From positions 124,001 through 176,441 of the forward strand of contig JALAGF010003586.1 in assembly GCA_030167865.1 (NCBI GenBank): a DNA stretch of 52,441 bases, read 5' to 3'. The stretch comes from Craspedostauros australis. Taxonomy: Eukaryota. The translations under genes and the position numbers were made by a program. Positions 21,513 to 34,722 of this stretch are shown piece by piece (within the stretch, counting starts at the first letter, position 1; every line of letters begins with the position of its first letter). The notes beneath the pieces were generated by a model. That model ran no database searches, had not been told where the DNA came from, and saw only the letters and a program-made list of their open reading frames with translations.

Positions 21513-22828
21513 GCATGCTGTCCGAGCAAAGAAAACAAAACCAAGCTGGACGCAGCCATCATCGTGCTCCCGAGTGTGCCGCAGATGAAAGACAACAATG
21601 CCATCCGCGTAGACCTCGACATACCAAATAAAACAAACACCATAAAAACCAACAATACAACCCCCTCCAAATCACGTCCTCTCCGCTTCCAACTGTTCCT
21701 TTGCGTTGAGTTCTCCATCTCAGTGGTGATGAGCTATCATGCATTCGAGGAACAAGTGCACAACGACACGACTCCGTCGTGTTGCTTGGCAGACGATTGA
21801 AGCGCACCACCAACACAACGGAAGAAACACGAAGTAAGATGACTAAATCCTGCTCTCTGAAGCAGTTGCATCACTCCTTCCTTCTCTTCCCCCTCTACGA
21901 GAGAGAGGATCCTTCCCATCATCTTTACAGCATAGTAGATCGCACCATCGTCCACTTCAGTCCAGTTCAGTTCTGGGATGGACATCGCAAATCATTGTTG
22001 TTCTCCTTCTCTCTGCCTCCCTATCCCATTATCTAGACTTAAGTAGCTTAGATACGATTCTGAATCGCGAGTAGCGCGATTTGTTGTTGCGGTCCATGTA
22101 GTCGATAGTCGAAGAACGCCTGACCACCTGTCGCAAACGCGATGCGTCTGCGAAGAATGAGAACGAAGTTCGAACGAGGACTCATTGGTCACGCAGACCT
22201 TCGCTGTTCCTTGCGGTAGCCAAACCACGTGGATTTCACACGAGAAGGCACAAAGAAGGTTGATCCGTTGATTTGCGCGGTCTTTTGGGTCATCACCAGA
22301 TGTGTTACACGCAATACGCGTGTTATGGCAACAGTGTGTTGGCGCAAGCGCACACCCACAGCCCAAAAAAAGACCGAAAGGCAACACTCCACACCCACCA
22401 AGAGAGAGCATCGAGAAGAGTTGTGGTGAAACAAACCTCCGAAACCAAATTGTTTGCCCGTGATACCCCGACGTTCGCGCATCACCTCCGTCTTCCCTGA
22501 GTGTTGCCAAAGATACCAAAACAGGATCTCCGTCCGCATCCGCACTACCCTGTTCACTTCGTCGTCGCAAAAGACAGAAGGCCGAGCCAAGGAGAAGAAG
22601 GGAGAGGATCCTTGAGCGATCAGGAAAACGGGGAAACGCCAAGTCAAATCAAGGGAGACGAGGGTGCAGAGCTGGGCGCTTTCGGGGATAGAAGACATCA
22701 ACCAGAGACTCTGAAGCGTTCTGAAGTGAGAAGGGTCAGCATCAACGACTTCATCAGCATCAACAGCTTCAGCTTCAGCATCAACAGCTTCAACGTTATC
22801 ATCAACAGAAGCGATCAAAGTCAGCACG

Positions 22829-23643
22829 ATGCCGAAAGGAGAAGAAAAGAAGGACACGCCCGTCGCGCTGTGCGCCAGTTGCGATCGGTGCCGCGCCCGA
22901 AAGACCAAGTGCGACGGCAAACGTCCGTGTGGCAATTGCGCCACGAAGTACATGAAGAAGCACAAGCTCACGAGGTACGAGTACGACCATGTGTGTCTGT
23001 CATGGAATCTACCACAAGCATGCGCACATCAGTCCATGTATCGACGGTGTGATGTGATGCATGGCGGTGGAGGCGGAGGTGGTGGTAGTGGGAATGTGCT
23101 GACTCTATGTGCTGCGCTTTCCATTACCGAACCGAGCTTCATGCTGCCGCGTCTTTCTCCAAGATTACTTTGCTGCGGACAAAGGTTGAATGGCGTTCTC
23201 TCTACCTGCGACAGGGGAAGCTGTTGCATTCTCACAGTCTCATTGGCTACATCATTCCGAACCAGAGTAACACTTGTTTGCTCTGTGGTTCAGCAACATG
23301 CAATTGTTCGATAATCACCAGGCACAATGTGCTCCGTCCAAACCCCAAAGTTCGAACCTCACATTCAGCGTCTTGATCCATTCTGCATTCGTCTTCTTGT
23401 CCATTCATCCATTGATGCATTCATTCACCCGCATTCTACATTCTGCACTCGGCATTCTGCACTCGACAGTATTGAAGGTATAGACCTTGCGGCTTTTGAG
23501 TGTGTGTACTCGCCAGCCAAACGACGTGGCCCAGTTCCAGGCCGATCCAGCCAGGCGCGAAAGGCAAGCGAAGCGTTCGGTAGAGGACCCACGCTGGAGG
23601 AAGGGTTCAATGCGTTGCATGGGAAGCTTGCAGTCACCGCGTC

Positions 23644-23674
<31 letters not shown>

Positions 23675-25846
23675 CAGTCATTGGAGGAGATGCAGATGAG
23701 ACAGATGATGATGGCACAGGGTGGCATGGGAGCAGCAGCGGCTGCGGTCGGGATGGCAGGTGCTGGCATGGGGCCGGGAGCAGGCCATCACTTGGATCCG
23801 CAAACTGCGGGCTTCTTGGATCCTCAGCAAGCCTCGTTGCAACACCAGATCAATCTCATCCAGCAGATTCATGCCCAGCAGCAACAACAGCAGCAGCAAC
23901 AACAACAACAGGCACTTGCGGAAAGGTTGGATTCCGAGCCACCCACGCGACGCATTAAGCTGGACCAGCCCAAGCCGACAGACCGAGATGCTACCGGTGT
24001 GCCACGCACCATCGCCGCGCACACGCACCTGTTGGAGATGAGCGACCCCGATGGCAGCCGGTTGCGATCGTACTACCGGCTCAGCGTGGATGAATTGTTC
24101 GGATTCCCACCAACACCCAGCGACGAGGAGTACTGCCTGCGGTTGAATGTCGCGAACATGACCCCGCGCATGATCCCGGGCACGCATCTGGCCGCCCTCA
24201 GCGCAGCACGCTTTGCGGAAGTGGCCCTGGGTGCCATCGTCCACAACGAAGTTACGCTGGCGATGGAGCTGTGCAACGCCGTCGTTCATTGCCTGCGCGA
24301 ATCAGTTCAAGAACCCGTCCAGCCACCCTACATGTTCGAAGTGGCCCGATCGTACTTCCTTCTTGGAGTCTTCCGCGCTTTCCGTGGCGATATGGTCCGA
24401 TACTTCAAATACCGCAGAGTCTGCATGACCTACGTCTCGAAGCTTGATGTACGTTCAATTTTCGCCTGCTGCTGAATGTTCATGTACGAACGATTGCAGA
24501 GTATTAGTTGCAGAGCACTATGCAAACATCGATCACACCATTGCCATCCCACTCACCACCATCATCACCGCCTGCTTGGCTTGACTTTTCTTTTTATACC
24601 ACTACTCCACTGGACTCTACTTTTTGTGATTCTTTGCTGCACCTCGGCTCAACTCCACTCGACGCCGCTACCGAAACAGAACGATGCCAACGCAACCACG
24701 ATCCTTGCCGCGGTGGCCTTCCTCGACGCTTGGGCGTACATGATCTACAATGCCGACGAGAAGAGGATTCCCAAGATCGATGATATTCCCACAATAGAAC
24801 CCCCGGTGCAATCAGGCATGGCGACCGCCACCGAGATGGAGTACAACACGAAGACCAAGCCAGCTGCCATCGCCTCTGACCCCAAGAATCAGAACTGGAT
24901 CCAAGGTGCGCCGCCGGTCTACCTCAACAACGAGGCCCCGCTTCCGGCACGATCGTTGGATGCCTTGGCTTGCGCTGTGCGGACCTGCTGTGATCAAGCG
25001 AATGGCAGATTCGCAGCGATCTCCAAGGAGGCGCCGAAGGAGATGGAGGCAATCCCCCAGGACACCATCATCACGCCAACCACGACCGCTGTACTGGCGC
25101 ATGAAAACGAGCTCTGCAGTCGCAACATGGTGCTCTCAGCCTTCACCTTGCTGCAGCAGTACGAAGCCGCCACATCCACGACGCACAAGAACCAGGGCAT
25201 CCATCTCGTTATCTCCGCCATGGACGCATTCCTCGACAACGGCGACGAAGATGAGACTGGCGGGTTCACGGACTCTCAGATCCAAAGCCTCCTCAGCGTT
25301 TGCAACACGACGATTGAGAATCCATTCCTTTTGCACCACGCAGGACCAACCTACCACATGGTTTCGAACGCCGCCGTGATGCTGTGCCACTTGCTGAACG
25401 GCATGTACGCCATGAAGGGGCGGGAGGGCATCCAGCAGCAGGGTGACATGGAGGCAGCGATGTTCGAAGAGGTGCTGGATACGTTCATCGCGGTCCGCAA
25501 GCTGCTTGTGATCCACAGGAGGAAGCTTCCAGTGAATCTGCGTTGCCATGGAATTCCGAGGCCATCGCTGGGGTTGCCCGATGAAGGCAAGCCGTTCATC
25601 GATTTGGGTGAAACCTTGCTGTGCGCGTGCCGTGGCTGCCAGGGCTTCGTCCTCATGGCATGCTCGCCGTGCGTTGCAGCCGAACGTGCCCAAAGCGCAG
25701 TCCACAAGCGCCATGTGGAGGCCACAAGAGAGGCGGAGGTCGATGCAGCCGATGACATGGACAAGGAGCTGGACGACCTGAGCAACGACTTCAACCTCGA
25801 CGACGATGCGCTGCTGGGGATGCTGTCGCAGTTCATCGCTGCATAG
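22829..25846 (+). CDS. Fungal-type Zn(II)2Cys6 binuclear cluster transcription factor (3 exons)
   Basis: Exons 22829-22974, 23470-24448 and 24680-25846 (GT-AG introns 22975-23469 and 24449-24679, frames compatible). SCDRCRARKTKCDGKRPCGNC, with the sixth Cys in ECVYSPAKRRGP. Poly-Q region and a structured C-terminal domain. Confidence 0.88.
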
Positions 25847-26652
25847 GGCAGCAGTCAATTTCTCTGTGTACTCTTCCCGTGTGAAATAATCGTACTATTC
25901 TACTAGTACGTGTGTAGAATTCGAATGACCAAGCGCCAAAAGAGCAACAGTGGGGATGGGATGCACTGTTGACCAGCACTCGTCGTACTACTATATGCAG
26001 TGCTGTTACGACTATGTTCGATATACATACTCGTACTTTGTGCATTGTACCATGCGTACACGAACGTGGAGTACCTGGACACTACCTATTCTGAGCCCAC
26101 GCTATTCAGAGCTATTGCACTCGTAACGATAAGATTACCATACCATACGCACATGTCTGGTATCATATTCTATTGATGTGGAATCGAATGTTTCAGTGCG
26201 TATTTGAACTCGAGAAAAGCTGAAGTTGCGCATCCATGCCAAGCGGTACGCACATGTTCGATGGCTTCATGTCAAGGGCAAGCCGAGGTGCAAGTTAAAC
26301 TGACGGGCGATCACGTGACGGAACAAGGGTGAAGCGGGTGTGGTATTTCGCTTGCGTACTTCCGCAGTGCTCTAGATTAACTCTGAACTCTTCGGCGTAC
26401 TCATACTGCGAATAATAGTATTCATATGAAAGCATCACATCATTCCACCAATCGGGAAGAGTACCGGCACCTTGCGCTGTCTCTCTCTCTCTGGGAACAT
26501 TCGTTGATTGGCAGCGATGTAAGAATGCAAATGGCTGGCTCATCCAAGACTTCTGTCCTCCTTTCGGATCCGTCTACGAGCACAGCAGAAAATGGTCCAA
26601 GTCATACCGGATTACAGTATCTCCCGTATCCATCACGGCATGACTGTGCCGT

Positions 26653-28683
26653 TCATTGGGTGGCGTCCTTCGCTCCTCCCTCGACATCAGCGCTGACCTC
26701 CTGGTAGGTTCCGCTTGACGAAGTCTGCGTTCTCTGGATGAGGAGAAGCTGCAGTCCGGTTGCGAGGAAGAGCATGGCCGCGTTCATGATGAACTTGTGC
26801 GATGCCTGCATCTCCTTGAGGAGCGAGAAGAGGACGATGAAGTTCAGAGGGATTCGGAAGATGTTGTAAATGGCGGCGCGCTTATCCTCCGGGACTGTGA
26901 TGTGCGAGTGGTGTGGGCGAATATTTGGGTTGCGATGGTTGTGTGCACAGGTGAGAACAGCGACGTGGGTGTCGGAAGAGCAAAGGTTGTGTGAGAAAGT
27001 GTGCATTCCTTCGTTCATTCATAATGATACGATAACAACTTGCGCACGACACGACACGACACGACACGGCGCAGCGATGAGGACGAAGACAACATGTCAC
27101 AAAGATATCGTGCAAATGCTGGCATTCCGCGCGGATATTCAGAAACTTACCAATGACACCCTTCATGGTTCCCATGATGGGGAAGTAGAGGCCGACGCAG
27201 AATTCGAAGAGGAGCATGCCGAGGAAGGAAGCGGTTCCCGAGGAGCTGGAGCTGATGATGGTCATGGCCACGCTGCCAACGCCGAAGACTCCGACGCCGA
27301 GGACCTTGATCTCGATGCGTTCGACGAGGATGGAGAAGAGCGAGGAACCTGCCATGCAGCAGACCATGAATGTCGCAAAGATGACGCCGAACGGAAGGTC
27401 GTCTCCGCCCATCTCGCCGAGACGGCGGTGGGACGGGGTGGCCTCTGCCTGCGAGTAGCTCTTGAGCATGGGGGTCCACATGAAGACGAAGACGTACATG
27501 GATCCTTCGAAGAGGGAGGAGATGATGCCGCAAAGGAGGATGTCCTTGTTCTCGATGGTCTCAAAGAGGGCAAGGCGCAGACCGTCGTACCACTTGGGTG
27601 CCGCTGGTGGTGCGGCGCCGGGGACGGCCACGCTGGCGTTCGCTGGGGCCGTGTCTCCGTAGTTCTCCTCCCACAAAAAGCTTGCCGCGACACCGCAGGC
27701 AACCAAGGCGAGGAGCGACAGATCGAACGGGGCGACGACGCCACCGACGTAGAAGGATTCCGTTCCGAACACGGTGCGCATCTGGAAGAGATCCGCAGCC
27801 TCCTGTCCGGCAAGTCCCGACAGGATGGCGACGCAGGAGTTGCAGTACTGCGCCCACGAGAAGCTCTTGGAGAGGTATCCCTTGGGGAGGTTGGCGTCGG
27901 AATGGGCGCGGATGAGCCAGGCCTCGAAGACGCTGAAGAGCAGGGATGTCGCGATTCCGCCCAGCAATCGTCCCACCATCAGGATGCTGTAATTGTTGAA
28001 GTCTGTTGTGCGATATTGTACGATATTGTGTGGTAGAGTATGGCATGTTGGCATGAGATTTAGTAGAGAGGAGGTATTGATTGCACCCCATGGCAGAAGG
28101 GTAGAGGGTGAAGAATTGGAGGAGTATTGAATGCGTGAGGAGATGCGAGATGATGTGTAGGTCGTAGGAAGCCATGCAAATCCAGAGGCAGAATGTCGCG
28201 CCATGGCCAGAATGCCACGTGACAACTACATGACAACTACATGACAATCACATGACTTCACAACAAGATCTGCGATAACTTACGCTTGGTGATGCAACTG
28301 GCGGCGTAGGTGATGGCGAAGATCAGAACGAAGGTTCGTCTGCCACCCCAGTCGGCAATGCCTCCGACGAAGCTGCCGAAGATCATGGAGGAGCCGAAGC
28401 CGGCGACAAAGAGCTCCGCGATCTGCTTGTCGCTGTATCCGTAGCTGGCGTAGAGCTGGTAGACGTAGGGGCCCTGCAGCCAGTCGCTGAAGGTGGCCAG
28501 GAGGTAGACGAGGAGGTACTTCTTGAGGAGGGTGGTGTGGGTCTTGTTGGTGGCGGCGTTGCCCTCATCGGTGATCTGCTTCTGCGCCCTGCCCATCATC
28601 TTCTTGTACATCTCGCTCGATCGGAACGTCAGCAGGACGTTCACCACCAGCGAGCCGCCGAAGATCATCGTGTAGTTCGTCAT
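26653..28683 (-). CDS. MFS transporter, MFSD5/MOT2 molybdate-anion-transporter family (3 exons)
   Basis: Exons 28683-28284, 28002-27151 and 26894-26653 (introns begin GTAAGT and end CAG). YLLVYLLATFSDWLQGPYVY, GRLLGGIATSLLFSVFEAW, FEGSMYVFVFMWTP and VPEDKRAAIYNIFRIPLN. Confidence 0.92.
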
Positions 28684-29397
28684 GGTTGTTCTTGCTCTCG
28701 CTCTTGCTCTGCTTGGCTTTACAATGGCACGCTATCTATTGCAATACTATCGATAATATGATATTATATCACGGTATATGACGCTCAGCAACGAAGATCT
28801 TGGCTGTGGACTTCTTGGATACAGTACCCCCAGCAATGACGAATTGTGTGTGGTGCAGAAAAGGTGGCGTACGACTAGTCGTACAAGTGTGGAACCTGTC
28901 CTCTCTCTCTCTCTCTTCTCGTGTTCGTGACCATGCAGAGCCAGGAGGCACGCGAATACTCCAACCGACAAACCGCGGTGCTCGTTGGGTGTCGGAGCGC
29001 GAAAGTTACCAGTGGGAAAAGCGCTGGCCTGTGATCATAAATGCCGTCATGGATCGTGTGGTTTTGTCACTCTGCCAAGAAATGCAAGAAATGTGACACT
29101 TGTCGGTGTGACCGTTGAGACGGACCAGCCTTCGCGCAACTCGGGCTTCTTGTTTGTGTACGTTTGGCTGTGTGATTAGGTGTGTGGATACCTGTCCAGA
29201 TGTGGCAATTTGCATCACGTCTGTGCATCATGCCAAGACACAACCAGCAAACACACACAAGCACACACAAACACGCAAAGCACCACATCAACAACGAAGC
29301 CAACACCAAGAACAACAAGGAGATAGCGATCATCCAGAAACAACTCGGGAACAACCTCATCCAACAACACAAACCACGAAGAAAGAAAGCAGCAACG

Positions 29398-30049
29398 ATG
29401 GCGTCGAGAGTATTGGCCCCCGTCCTGCGACGCTCCTTGGCGGTCTCAAGAGCCGGCACGCGGGGATTGGCATCCGGTGCCACCCCACCGCTGGCACCAT
29501 TCGCCCGCATCCCAGCGCCGACTGAGAAGGTATGTGGAGTAAAGCAAAGCAACGCAGGAAGTGTTGTGGCGTGTCGTCGTGGTCTTGTTGATGTGAGCGT
29601 GGAATCCCGGGAATCATCGATGCTGGTCTCTCACATTTTGTCCATGTTTCTATTTCCTATTTTTGACCTCCTTCAATCTCCCTGCATCTGCACTGCTTCG
29701 ACAATCAACACGCATCAACCAACCAACTACGGATGCTCCCCTCAATTGCCAATCCATTGCACAATACATTACGACACAATACCGTACCACACCACACAAA
29801 CTCGCAACGCAGCTTGTCGAGAATCATGATTGTTTGTTCGATGATGCGTGCGCACCAGAATTGGCGCTGGACTTTGACTGCCAGAACGTCTCCACAGGTG
29901 AGGCCGTGGCGTCGTGGCTTGGTGCGTTCGGCGTCTTCGCGGCCCTCTTCGTGACGATCAAGTACGTCGGGGATCCGATCGGAACCAACCCAGCCATCTC
30001 CAGAGGCGAATCGGGACACGTAGTCTACCCAGATCCTCAGCATGATTGA
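29398..30049 (+). CDS. Mitochondrial complex I accessory subunit, NDUFB8 (ASHI)-like (2 exons)
   Basis: Exons 29398-29529 and 29813-30049 (GTATGT...CAG). Arg/Ala/Ser-rich mitochondrial presequence. LVENHDCLFDDACAPELALD...GEAVASWLGAFGVF resembles the plant-type NDUFB8 pattern, with one TM helix. Confidence 0.7.
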
Positions 30050-30606
30050 TTCTCCGCGCATATGAAACAGTAACACATACTAGTCATCGTGCTACTATTC
30101 ATAATACGCCCGGGAGATATTGTATTTACGGTTATGGCATAGGCTAGAGGACAAAGTAGAGCAGAGCCGACGAGTTGGTTACGGGCTGCGCGACAGCGCT
30201 GTCGTCTGTTTTGACTGTTCGTGTTGCTGTCCCGCTATCCAGTCGTGTGTGTCGGTCACATGTCGCATGGGACATGAGAACAACGCAAAGAGAAAAGATT
30301 CTTCGTTTCGTTGCGGTCAACGATCGCAAGAGACGAGAGATGACAAAGAAATGACGAAGCAAACGGTGAGCAACCAAGAAAAGAGGCACAAGGCACAAGG
30401 CAAACGAGCAAGCAAGAACGACAACGACAACATCCTCACCAACAGCCACAGCCACCACCCCTCCTCTCTCGCATCCATTACAAACTGACCGAGCATACCA
30501 CCCAAGCCATTAAGAATAGCAAGCACTGCAGTGCCATACCAAACCAAACCAACCAAACCGGCCCAAATAAAAGGAAGCGCAAGCACAAGCAACAGAAATA
30601 GCCAAG

Positions 30607-31434
30607 ATGAGTCTCATGGATAAGTTCAAGAAGGCCAGCAAGCAGGTCGTCGATGCCGGAGCCAAGACGATGCTCAAGGTGAGGGCAATGCCGCGAATGT
30701 CTCTTTCCTTACTGCCAATGTTGGTGTTGGTGCTGCTGCTGGCGCTGGCGCTGGTGTTTGCGGAGATTGTATTGACGAGAGACCTCATGAACGCTCAGCA
30801 TTGAGGATCAGCACGCAAACGAAGACAATCTTGGATTCCAGTTGTTTGTTTCCATTTACTCGTGCAACTACTGTCCGTATCTCCCCTCGTTCATCAACTC
30901 ACCAACGATGCTGTCATATCTCCCACATGAATGCAACTTTGATGTCCTCTTCGATCGACCGGGTGCAACCACCAATTCTCATTCAATGTAATGCAATGCA
31001 ATGCATCAACATCCACACGTTCTCAACAACAACAACAACAACATCGATCGATAATGGACATCAACCGGACTCCATCACAAACGCTCGTACAATTCCCTGC
31101 CTACCTCAAACAGACGGACATCATGTTCCTCGACCGCGACATCAAGGCCCGCAAGCAGCAGTTCGGAATTGAGATCTACGACCTGATGGCCGATTTGGAG
31201 AGCAACGACGCCATGCCAACGGAAGAAAAGGAGGCCAAGATCCGACAATCCTTCGATGCCGCCCGCAAAGACATCGCTGTCATACAAGCAAAGAAGGAGT
31301 GCAAAAAGGAGGAGGTCGCCGTGCTGGACTCTGCCGCCGAGGGAGGGGCTGGCGCCACCAACGACATCCCACCCTCCAGCGGAACCGTCTTGACCAACAC
31401 GCACCCGCAGGATGCTGAGATGGAGCAGATGTAA
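30607..31434 (+). CDS. Small coiled-coil hypothetical protein (2 exons, about 130 aa)
   Basis: Exons 30607-30678 and 31114-31434 (GTGAGG...CAG, phase 0). MSLMDKFKKASKQVVDAGAKTMLK joins TDIMFLDRDIKARKQQFGIEIYDLM. Confidence 0.75.
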
Positions 31435-31919
31435 AACCAGCAACTCGATACATTCGGACACAATCTCTCTGCGCACCGCCATGTGCGTGCAAGCGCAAGC
31501 ACACTCGTAACTGTCAAGCCATACGTACCAGATCAAACCACGCACGACCTACCATTTCAAATACAAGAAAGGACAATAGCATTAGTAGCGTGTCCTACTT
31601 ATCATGCACTCGCAATACTTCCGTCCAAGCACCACGTGTCGAGTGTTCTGCTATCGAACAGCGATTTCATGGGCTGCTACGTATGTAGAGTATTTGTATG
31701 ACAGAGAGGCACAGAGTACTGCGCTGGAAGATTACTCTCCTATAGTCGTCACGTATCAGCAGCTTACTGCTCCGCTCCATCTTCATCGTATCATAATTGA
31801 TCATGTTGTGGATTTTATTTGGTGCGAAGTCTTGTTCGCTGCTGTTGCTGTTGCTGTGAGTGGTCGACTGCCACAGAGTACCTTTTATTTGACTTGACTT
31901 TGCTGATCTGCCGATAGGC

Positions 31920-33132
31920 TCAGGCTAACAGATCCTTGTCCACATCCCATTCCAGCTTGGGTTGTTGGACCTTGCAACTCTTCACCAGCTCTTCGAATTT
32001 GGACAATGTGACCCTCTTCATGGATGGATGTTGAGTTCGTGGTTGCTGCTGCTGCTGCTTCTTGGTGTCGTCGGCATCGCCACCATCGTCTTCACCGTCC
32101 TTGGTTTCATCCTCCTTCGGCACTTGACCTGTCAGCACAAGGGAGTCGCCGCGAACGACGTAAATGCCCAACGGCACATCCGTGTAATACGTCTTGCCAT
32201 CGTCATGCGGATGCATTCTGCGTTCGAAGGTGTCCTCCAAAACGAAATTGCTGAACTGATCGAATGATCGCAGAATCTGTGTTGGTGGAAACCATGATGG
32301 GTGCATGCGAAATTGGAAGAGAGAAAGAGAGAGAGAGACAAGACACATGAGTGAACGAGCGAACAAGCGAGACGAAGGAGAGGCGATCTTGCAAATTTGA
32401 TGATGCTCCCATCACTTCGCAAACGGCTCGTTCCTTTGGTCATTGAGTCATATTTGAGCTGGGCTGAGCATAGTAGGCCTAACTTTCCACTGACCCAACC
32501 AACATGCTCTTTGCTTTGAAGAGCAGAGCTGCGCTACGATCACGCAATAGAATTCAGTGCGATGCAACGGCACACGTGAAAGCCATCCAAAATCATCCAA
32601 TGCCACACACAGAAACACAGACGCAAAGCATCGCCCGTTTGCAACTCACACCAACCAAATGACGACCATCTCGCAGCACGAGCAGGATGCGCTCATCCAG
32701 CTCCTCCACCAGACTCGCCGCACCTGGGAGGTAGGCCGGGACGTAACCATACGGAATCCCCGTCGTCGGCGCGACTGCAACCGGTCCACGGCCGCGGCCT
32801 GGCGCGGGACCACGTCCACCTCCGCGACCTCTCGCGGGATGGTTGAATCTTTGCTTGGGCTGCCCTGTCGAGCTTTCCCTGCCACCCCGTCCTCTTCCCG
32901 AAGATCCGTGCCGGCCGCGGCCTTGCTGCTGGTGCGCATTCCTTGACTGGTTGTTGTTTGGATTCTGCCGTGGCTGCTGCTGCTGTTGTTGCTGCTTCTG
33001 CTGTTCCTTCTGCTGGCTCTGAACCTTGTTCTGATCGATTTGCTGCTGGATCTTCGTCGGCGGACCCTGTCCCCAAACGCTGGAGGCTGGCGGTGGTGTC
33101 GTTGGTGGTGGTCCACCCGATGGTGACGCCAT
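31920..33132 (-). CDS. LSM1: Sm-like protein LSM1 with N-terminal Q-rich/RGG extension (2 exons)
   Basis: Exons 33132-32650 and 32276-31920 (GTGAGT...CAG). YLPGAASLVEELDERILLVLRDGRHLVG joins ILRSFDQFSNFVLEDTFER...DVPLGIYVVRGDSLVLTG (LSM1 Sm1/Sm2 motifs). Confidence 0.9.
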
Positions 33133-34722
33133 TGCGATGACGGCTGCGGTGGCTGTTGCTACTGCTACTGCTACTGCGGATACAGCGTCGATTGGATTGG
33201 TATGAGAGCACTACTCGTAGCACTCTATACTCTAAAGTCCTTCGATGTCTTCTCTTTTGTCTCTGGAGAGAAATGGACTGGTACGTGTATCAGGAAGAGC
33301 AAGAGCAGGAGCCCGGTGCTTCCTCTGTCTCTTGGTATCCGTGGGGTCAGTCAGATCGGTGGCCAAGTTGTGGTGGTGGTTGTCATCGCGTTCGCCGACG
33401 GCCGTTTCGTTGTTCGTGTCATGGTCGATCCAACACTCATCACACCAACTTTGGGCGTCAGCAGAGTAACGATTCCTTCGACTCAAATCCCGTTGATCCA
33501 ATCATGGGTTGCCTCAGTCACGAACACAATCGAAACGATACCAATCCAATTATGATACCTCTGTATTGGTACTGGTGTCTATGCAGGATCTGCGGTGAAA
33601 TATGTTTATACTTCTCTAAGTGTATCAACAGGATTCCACCTGGCACAGAACAACCAAGAAGGCAATCCACGCCCGTACTATCCCTATTGTGGCTACAACG
33701 AATGATGCGTGACGTGGAGGTGAGAAGAGTTTTGCCGGAGAATTTGTTCGTGAATGTCGAGAGAACACTGTTGCGTTGGCAGACAGATGTGCGAAGCGGA
33801 GGAACCAGTTCCCGGTTTGCCCTTGGGCACGATTCTGCCTCTCACGAAAGAGCGGAAATAGCACACTGGCGAGCGTGGACGAGAAAGGCAAACACGCCCC
33901 ATTCGCGCCAAGTTTGTTGACAGCGCCGTGGCGTGTTGTGGAACGAGAAACGAGCGTGTTGATCACAGGTACACTCCGACCACGGACCTTAATTGTTTGC
34001 ATGTCGTGATGGATTTTTGTTCTTTCGAAGTTATTCGGCGAGCTGAATTCCTCACGTCGTACTCGGACCAGCGACGACCTGGTATGCTGTACGAGCTATG
34101 ACCTGAAATTGTGCGAGCTTCGTGTTGGCGGTGTCGTGTTAACCTCTGTGTCGAGGCATTTGCTTCCTCGCCAAGGCGATCGCGGAATCCTATTTTTCTC
34201 ATTTCGGGACAGACAACCCAATCCTCTGACAAGCTCACAAAATCCAACAGCCTCAAGAATCTCTCCTTGCCCTCGTGCGGTTCGTCAATTTCGAGAGTGG
34301 TGTGGTATGGTACGAGCACGACTACCATGGATGTCCTGGTGGCTGCTGTGCTCTGCGAGTTGCTCTGTGACTTGTTCCCATGGTGATGACCAACGATGCT
34401 GCAACGGGCAAGGTTTTATTCCAGCTGCGCAGGAAGATCCTCGCAAACGGCGGGTACCTATCGATCAATCGATCAAGCGCGGACCATTCAATAGCGACAG
34501 GCTCACGTTGAGCTTTGCGCCCACGAACGCCCACACAAACACGTCAAACCACACTGAGAATCTCGCAAAGGCGAACAATTGAAGACCAGGCCTCTTGCTC
34601 TTGCTCTCTCCCTTCTCCTTTCACCCGCATCAGCAATACCACACGCTACAATACACTACCATACCCTACCACACGCTACCATACGCACGCGCTGATCGCC
34701 CTTCGCAGCAAGGAAACCCAAC

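Noticed and set aside
26870..28036. 388-aa + strand ORF
   Set aside because: Antisense shadow of the MFSD5-like transporter.
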